From Erysipelotrichaceae bacterium (GTDB taxonomy: Bacteria; Bacillota_I; Bacilli_A; Erysipelotrichales; Erysipelotrichaceae), in contig SVBO01000001.1 of the NCBI GenBank assembly GCA_015058845.1, positions 3,934-67,933 of the forward strand: a stretch of 64,000 nucleotides of DNA, read 5' to 3'. How positions within the stretch are numbered: position 1 is the stretch's first letter; every line of letters starts with the position of its first letter. The notes below the pieces were generated by a model. It saw only the letters and a list, made by a program, of their open reading frames with translations. It was not told the DNA's origin and ran no database searches. Below are positions 58,581 to 64,000 of the stretch, in pieces. A program made the position numbers and the translations under genes.

Positions 58581-58602
58581 TTCATGAAAATATTTTCATG
58601 AA
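58581..58602. promoter_or_regulatory. perfect 22-bp palindrome TTCATGAAAATATTTTCATGAA, ARG-box-like
   Basis: Lies 29 bp upstream of the -35. The core TGAAAatatTTTCA resembles the ArgR/AhrC box TGAATwwwwATTCA. Confidence 0.35.
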
Positions 58603-58610
58603 GTTACAAA

Positions 58611-58637
58611 AGAAAAGTACTGCTATATAGCAGTACT
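58611..58637 (-). terminator. terminator of prs
   Basis: AGTACTGC-tatata-GCAGTACT followed by a T-run on the minus strand. Confidence 0.65.
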
Positions 58638-58642
58638 CGGTC

Positions 58643-59596
58643 TTAGTCTTGGAACATTTCGTAAACGATGCTCATTGACTTCTTAGTTTCGATATATTCA
58701 ATAGTCTTAGCTAACATTGGTGCGATAGAAAGAACTGTGATCTTATCTAACTTCTTTTCTTCTGGTAGAGGAATTGTATTAGTAATTACTACTTCCTTGA
58801 TCATAGGATTGCTTAATCTTTCGATAGCAGGTCCAGAGAAGATACCATGTGTACATGCGAAGTAGATATCCTTAGCCCCTTCATCCTTTAATAATTGAAT
58901 ACCAGCCATTAATGTACCAGCAGTATCACACATGTCATCGATAATGATAACATCAGTACCCTTAACTTCACCAATGATATTCATAGCTTGTGCTTCATTT
59001 GGACGTAATCTTCTCTTATCAATGATAGCTAGTGGAACTCCACCTAAAGCATCACATAACTTTCTAGCACGTACCACACCACCATGGTCTGGAGATACTA
59101 CAGTTACATTCTCTAGTTGCTTAGAGCGGAAATATTGAGAGATCATTGAACTAGCAGTCATGTCATCAATAGGAATATTGAAGAAACCTTGAATTTGAGC
59201 GGCATGTAGATCTACTGTAACAACACGGTTAGCACCAGCTGTTTCTAATAATGAAGCTACTAGTTTAGCTGTGATTGGTTGTCTAGGAGCTGCCTTACGG
59301 TCTTGACGAGCATAACCGAAGTATGGTGTGATGACTGTGATTTCACCAGCAGATGCACGTTTACATGCATCGATACAGATCAATGTTTCCATTAAGTTAC
59401 TAGAAACTGGATTACATGTAGATTGTACGATATACACGTGCTTACCACGTACAGTAGCACCGATCTCTACCATGATCTCACCATCTGCAAAGTGTTTAAC
59501 AACACATGGGAATGGTTCACAATCTAAAATGTCACAAATTTCCTTTACTAAATCCTTTGAAGCATTTAAGCCTAAAACTGCAAAATCCTTGTTCAT
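58643..59596 (-). CDS. prs: ribose-phosphate pyrophosphokinase
   Basis: GYARQDRK and DLHA motifs. PRPP loop IIIDDMCDTAGT. Confidence 0.95.
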   Translation of the reverse strand: MNKDFAVLGLNASKDLVKEICDILDCEPFPCVVKHFADGEIMVEIGATVRGKHVYIVQSTCNPVSSNLMETLICIDACKRASAGEITVITPYFGYARQDRKAAPRQPITAKLVASLLETAGANRVVTVDLHAAQIQGFFNIPIDDMTASSMISQYFRSKQLENVTVVSPDHGGVVRARKLCDALGGVPLAIIDKRRLRPNEAQAMNIIGEVKGTDVIIIDDMCDTAGTLMAGIQLLKDEGAKDIYFACTHGIFSGPAIERLSNPMIKEVVITNTIPLPEEKKLDKITVLSIAPMLAKTIEYIETKKSMSIVYEMFQD

Positions 59597-59611
59597 AATC
59601 CCTTCTCCTTC

Positions 59612-60286
59612 TTAGTCTTTGTTCTTTAAAATGTATCTAATACCGTACCCTTCTTTATTGACCTGCTTAGCACGAGCGATCCCCATGTCCTCACTAGGAA
59701 CATCCTGCGTGATCGTAGAACCAGCAGCAAGTACAGCATAGTCACCAATAGTAACAGGTGCGATCAAGTTTACGTTACAACCAATGAATGTGTTGTTACC
59801 GATCACCGTACGGAACTTATTCTTTCCATCATAGTTTGCAGTAACACAACCACAACCAAAGTTGCACTTCTCACCAACATCCGCATCTCCTAAATATGTT
59901 AGATGAGCACACTTACTACCATCCCCAAAATTGACCTTCTTCATCTCAACAAAGTTTCCAATACGAACATTATTACCGATCTTACAATGTTCTCTAATAT
60001 GAGACATAGGTCCAATAGTAGTATCATGACCCACTTCAGAATTAATGATCCAAGAGCTCTCGATCTTCGTATTCTCACCAATCGTAGAATTCAAGATCTT
60101 ACTATTTGCTCCGATCATACATCCATTCTTCAGGATCGAATTACCTTCAATAAAACAATTAGGATAGATCACAACATTCTCCTCGATCACTACTGACTCA
60201 TCAATATACGTAGTCATAGGATCTAAGATCTTAACACCTTTCTCTATCCATTTTGAATTGATCAAATCTTTATTTACAGTATTCAT
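59612..60286 (-). CDS. stand-alone left-handed beta-helix acetyltransferase equal to the C-terminal half of GlmU
   Basis: 224 aa starting at the GlmU linker. TANYDGKNKFRTVIGNNTFIGCNVNLIAPVTIG..ARAKQVNKEGY parallels the B. subtilis GcaD C-terminus. Sits in the glmU slot between ispE and prs. No uridyltransferase domain, and only 50 nt separate it from ispE. Confidence 0.75.
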   Translation of the reverse strand: MNTVNKDLINSKWIEKGVKILDPMTTYIDESVVIEENVVIYPNCFIEGNSILKNGCMIGANSKILNSTIGENTKIESSWIINSEVGHDTTIGPMSHIREHCKIGNNVRIGNFVEMKKVNFGDGSKCAHLTYLGDADVGEKCNFGCGCVTANYDGKNKFRTVIGNNTFIGCNVNLIAPVTIGDYAVLAAGSTITQDVPSEDMGIARAKQVNKEGYGIRYILKNKD

Positions 60287-60336
60287 ATATCATACCCCAA
60301 TCTATTTTACCAAATATACTATTAAAAGAAAATCCA

Positions 60337-61176
60337 TTATTCGCTAATAATTTTTGTTTTTTGAACAAATTCCTTACTATTTCTAAAGTATAGCATCGCT
60401 CTATCTATCACATCCATGCTCTTACAAAGCCCAAATACACAAGAACCACTACCAGACATCAAACAATGATCAAAGCCTAGTTCTACTAAAGTATTCTTGA
60501 TCTCTTGTATTTTGGGTACTAATCGTAGAGCACTTTGTTCTAAAGAATTTCCTAATACAAAGTCATCCCTTCCCTGTTGGATAGCATTCATAATACCATT
60601 AATATCAGGATGATCACATAAGCTAAGATCTAATGTTTCATAGGCTTCCTTAGTACTTACCCCCTCTTGTGGTTTCACAAGGAATACATGATAGTCTTGT
60701 AAAGCCTTAGGAGAGAAAGGAGTCAATGTCTCACCGATCCCTTCTACCTTCATAGCCTGATTCATAACACAGAATGGTACATCCGCTCCGATCTCCACAG
60801 AAGCTAATGCTACTTCCTCTAGCGGATCAGTGCCATACTCTTTCCAAAGATAACGGATCACAGCCCCAGCATCACTACTTCCACCGCCAAGACCTGCTTG
60901 ATGAGGAATTACTTTGTGTAGATGGAAATGATATTGCTCTTGGATCTGGTATCTTCTCTGCATAAATCGATATGCCTTCATCACCAGATTGCTCTCATCC
61001 ACAGGGATCCCCTCTACATCACATGTCATATACGTATCACAAGTACAAAAAGAGATCTCTAACTCATCTCCAAACTCCACAGGAACCATAATGCTCTCTA
61101 GTATATGATACCCATCTTCTCTTCTACTCTTCACATGTAAAGAGAGATTGATCTTCGCATTTGCTACTACCTTCAT
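60337..61176 (-). CDS. ispE: 4-diphosphocytidyl-2-C-methyl-D-erythritol kinase
   Basis: AKINLSLHV and PHQAGLGGGSSDAGA (GHMP motif). The ATG at 61176 lies just after the rsmA stop; alternative starts at 61191 and 61197. Confidence 0.88.
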   Translation of the reverse strand: MKVVANAKINLSLHVKSRREDGYHILESIMVPVEFGDELEISFCTCDTYMTCDVEGIPVDESNLVMKAYRFMQRRYQIQEQYHFHLHKVIPHQAGLGGGSSDAGAVIRYLWKEYGTDPLEEVALASVEIGADVPFCVMNQAMKVEGIGETLTPFSPKALQDYHVFLVKPQEGVSTKEAYETLDLSLCDHPDINGIMNAIQQGRDDFVLGNSLEQSALRLVPKIQEIKNTLVELGFDHCLMSGSGSCVFGLCKSMDVIDRAMLYFRNSKEFVQKTKIISE

Positions 61177-61177
61177 A

Positions 61178-62032
61178 TTACTTACCTTCATACACACGAT
61201 ATAGAGTCAAGAACTCAGCTAGTGACATACTCTCTGCTCTACGAGAAGGTTCGATCCCTGCTTCTTGTAACTGTCTACTTGCTTCTTCTTTATTTCCTAA
61301 GAACTTTCCATAGTTATTTAGAATAGTCTTACGTCTTTGATCGAAACAAGCCTTTACAACCTGGAAGAAACGCTCTCTAGAAGCCACTTCCTCAATATGC
61401 TCTCTTTGTACGAATTGGATCACAGCAGAGTCTACATTTGGTTTAGGTTCAAAGACTGTGCGTGGTACTTTCATCACTACAGATACCTCATATAGATATT
61501 GAGTAATAACACTTAGTGCATTGTAATCCTTCGTACTTGGTTTGGCAGCAAAGCGATCTGCTACTTCTTTCTGCATCATTACGGTAATGCGATCGATCTT
61601 AGCATTACTTTCAAAGATGTGGAATAAGATCGGTGTTGTGATGTAGTATGGTAAGTTGGCAGATAACATTACATTTCTATATTGTTCTCTTAGTTTTCCT
61701 ACGATACTTGCTACATCGACTGTTAAGAAGTCTTGAAAGATCACTTCTTTGTTATCATATTGTGCTAGCGAATAGGCTAACACTTCTTCTAATCTCTCAT
61801 CCACCTCAAATGCTACGACCTTACCTGCACGCATAGCTAATTGCTCAGTCAAAGCTCCGATCCCCGGTCCGATCTCGATCACTGCATCTTCTTTAGTCAC
61901 TTGAGATGCCTCTGCGATCTTTCTTACGATCCCTGGTTCTGTAATGAAGTTTTGACCAAACATCTTCTTGGTATGTAGATCAAATGTTTCCATGATCTCT
62001 TTGGTTCTTGCTACTGTTGCGATCTCTTTCAT
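61178..62032 (-). CDS. rsmA: 16S rRNA (adenine1518/1519-N6)-dimethyltransferase
   Basis: FGQNFI and VIEIGPGIGALT SAM motifs, NLPYYITTPI. Confidence 0.95.
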   Translation of the reverse strand: MKEIATVARTKEIMETFDLHTKKMFGQNFITEPGIVRKIAEASQVTKEDAVIEIGPGIGALTEQLAMRAGKVVAFEVDERLEEVLAYSLAQYDNKEVIFQDFLTVDVASIVGKLREQYRNVMLSANLPYYITTPILFHIFESNAKIDRITVMMQKEVADRFAAKPSTKDYNALSVITQYLYEVSVVMKVPRTVFEPKPNVDSAVIQFVQREHIEEVASRERFFQVVKACFDQRRKTILNNYGKFLGNKEEASRQLQEAGIEPSRRAESMSLAEFLTLYRVYEGK

Positions 62033-62574
62033 TACTCATTCTCCTTACATACTTCATATAATTCCTCATAACTGATCCCTAATAGATTCAGTCTTGCTAC
62101 TAATGTCTTCGCATTACATTTCCCAATATGGAAATGATCTGCTACTTTTTGTCTGTTTATAGTACTATTTGCCCCTGTTAATCGTAGTGCTACTAACATA
62201 TCCATAGTGATCTGTTCACTTGGAACCTCTTGGAATGTAACACATTTCTCTAGAGCTTCTAATAAGTCTTCTCTATTAGCATGTTCGATACCTACCTTAT
62301 GATTTCCTAGGGCTTTACTTTTCTCTAGGAAGGCATTCTTACAACCTGGAATAGTGTGATTAATGATAGAGCGGATCCTTTCTCCTGGATAATCAGGATC
62401 TGTAAAGATGATCACGCCACGTTTTTGTTTAGCTTCAGCAATATACCCTAGGATCTCTCGACTAATGGCAGAGCCCCCTGTTTCGATCGTATCTACTTCA
62501 AAATATTGTTTCAACACTGCACTATCATGTCTTCCTTCTACTACGATCACTTCTTTAAATTTCATAGTTATCAC
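62032..62574 (-). CDS. rnmV: ribonuclease M5 (Toprim)
   Basis: VIVVEGRHD, IIFTDPDYPGERIR. Conserved position upstream of rsmA. Start either the GTG at 62574 or the ATG at 62565. Confidence 0.88.
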   Translation of the reverse strand: MITMKFKEVIVVEGRHDSAVLKQYFEVDTIETGGSAISREILGYIAEAKQKRGVIIFTDPDYPGERIRSIINHTIPGCKNAFLEKSKALGNHKVGIEHANREDLLEALEKCVTFQEVPSEQITMDMLVALRLTGANSTINRQKVADHFHIGKCNAKTLVARLNLLGISYEELYEVCKENE

Positions 62575-62679
62575 TACTCCCTATTTATATAGTATACCAA
62601 ATTTCAATGGACACTGAAAGAGCAAACAAACATATTCCCAGAAAGCAATTAAAAAGCTTGGCATCTACCAAGCTCTCTC

Positions 62680-63525
62680 TTACAGTTTACAACTATATCC
62701 TTTTTTCTTATACACAAGTCCACCTAAACGCACGATCTCTGCTAGTGGAGTTCTCTTGGATACTGACTTAACATTCTTATTGACCCAGTCCTCACTACCA
62801 ATATAGAAATCCAAACGATTATTCTTGATCGCTCCCCCACGGTCTAAGACGATCGCATAGAATGGTTCATTAGGAGTTAATCCTTCTCCAGAATAATTAT
62901 GGTTCGAGATCTTCAAGATCGAACAGAAAGGAATACTCTTATCTGCCGCTACGATATAATACCCTTCCCAAGTGATGCCTTGTTTCCATGTACCATCTGC
63001 TTGCATAACACCCTTATTCACATCCATCTTGATACCAATAGCAGTATTACCTACACCCGTATATTCTCCTCTACAACCCTCACAATCTACTCCATAACGA
63101 GAGAAACTAGGATTGAAGAATGTACCTTGTTCTACTTTCGCACCAAACTGACGAATACGGGGAGAAGAAGGAACTAATAAGTCTTCTCCTAAGATATGTG
63201 TCTTACTTAATTCATTACCTTCATAATCATATACAACATTGTAATACTTGATCTCCTTTTCAGGAGAACCTGAATCAATTTCCTTCGCTATCCAACTCTT
63301 CTCACCACTTGCTAGAGGAGTCTCTTTCTTAGTATATATAGTCTTTTGCTCAGAAAGAATCGTTTCCTCTGCTACTCTTTCCACTACCACTTCTTCCATA
63401 GTTTCTGGTAGTGCTGTGAATCTTTGCGTCAATACGATCGTATTGGCTTGTTGGCCGTTGATACTGCAAGAACATAGCAATAATGAATACATCATAATTT
63501 GTAATATTCTACATTTTTTCTTCAT
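62680..63525 (-). CDS. YabE-like lipoprotein with C-terminal 3D (MltA-like double-psi barrel) domain
   Basis: MKKKCRILQIMMYSLLLCSCS lipobox. C-terminal IVAAD..ILKI..YAIVLDRGGAI..LDFY. Occupies the yabE position between tatD and rnmV. AGGAGG precedes the ATG at 63525. Confidence 0.75.
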   Translation of the reverse strand: MKKKCRILQIMMYSLLLCSCSINGQQANTIVLTQRFTALPETMEEVVVERVAEETILSEQKTIYTKKETPLASGEKSWIAKEIDSGSPEKEIKYYNVVYDYEGNELSKTHILGEDLLVPSSPRIRQFGAKVEQGTFFNPSFSRYGVDCEGCRGEYTGVGNTAIGIKMDVNKGVMQADGTWKQGITWEGYYIVAADKSIPFCSILKISNHNYSGEGLTPNEPFYAIVLDRGGAIKNNRLDFYIGSEDWVNKNVKSVSKRTPLAEIVRLGGLVYKKKGYSCKL

Positions 63526-63592
63526 TTTGCTACCTCCTTTCATACAACGTGCTATATGATAACACATTTAGTAGGATTTGTCCAATTTCTCT

Positions 63593-64000
63593 TTACAAGC
63601 TGAATAAATCACAGGCATTTTTACTGGTAATAGCTTCCAGTTCTTGATACTCGATCCCCCTTAATCTAGCAATTTCTTCGGCTACTAACTTAACATAATA
63701 TGGATAATTTACCTTACCACGATAAGGATGTGGTGTTAGGTATGGGCAATCTGTTTCTACCAATAGTTTGTCACTTGGTACGGCTACAGCCACTTCCTTG
63801 GGTACTCTAGCATTCTTGAATGTGACAGGTCCTGCTAGGGAGATATAGAAGCCTTGTTTGATGAATTCTGCTGCCATTTCTGCTGATCCACTATAACAGT
63901 GCATAACGCCTTTGACAGGTGTGTAATTGGCTGTGATGTCATATGTATCCATTAGGGCATCACGACTGTGAATGATGATGGGTAGATCATGTCTTCTCGC
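63593..64000 (-). CDS. TatD family hydrolase (YabD), C-terminal part; gene runs off right edge
   Basis: The frame stays open to the window edge: ..ARRHDLPIIIHSRDALMDTYDI.. then GVMHCYSGS, ETDCPYLTP. Confidence 0.88.
   Translation of the reverse strand, partial: ARRHDLPIIIHSRDALMDTYDITANYTPVKGVMHCYSGSAEMAAEFIKQGFYISLAGPVTFKNARVPKEVAVAVPSDKLLVETDCPYLTPHPYRGKVNYPYYVKLVAEEIARLRGIEYQELEAITSKNACDLFSL

Noticed and set aside
1-64000. CRISPR arrays, rRNA or tRNA genes, IS elements, alternative genetic code
   Set aside because: No spaced direct repeats, cloverleaf-sized intergenic segments or transposase ORFs were seen. RF2 with a UGA frameshift site and normal TGA stops argue for the standard bacterial code.

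Overview
Low-GC Bacillota-type chromosome segment, densely coding, with no rRNA, tRNA or CRISPR seen. The right end keeps the Bacillus-like order tatD(yabD)-yabE-rnmV-rsmA-ispE-glmU-prs. The left end holds uvrB, an S41 peptidase and an ftsE-ftsX-M23 hydrolase cell-division module. The centre is a long purine operon, fhs-purE-purM-purN-purH-purD-purL(fused)-purF-like-glnN(type III GS), behind a ZTP (pfl) riboswitch, with purC divergent. Other housekeeping blocks are secA-prfB (with the +1 frameshift), two csp genes, comFA-comFC, degV, darA, addB-addA, and a T-box-controlled amino-acid ABC transporter with an M20 amidohydrolase. Observations that stand out: (1) The tetramer GATC is strongly over-represented and GATT/AATC depleted in the native DNA. 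A ~4.2 kb insert (about 15.0-19.3 kb) has ordinary GATC/GATT proportions and so looks foreign. (2) Inside that insert, two lox-like near-palindromic sites in inverted orientation flank a 231-bp segment. The segment sits between a tyrosine recombinase gene and a large secreted beta-helix protein gene, making it a candidate phase-variation inverton. (3) An unlisted Fst/par-like type I toxin-antitoxin module sits in the 12.7-13.0 kb spacer. (4) The PurF homologue has Ser instead of the N-terminal Cys nucleophile and is coupled to a type III glutamine synthetase. (5) GlmU is reduced to its acetyltransferase half. All functional calls come from reading motifs and synteny by eye; no database search was possible.
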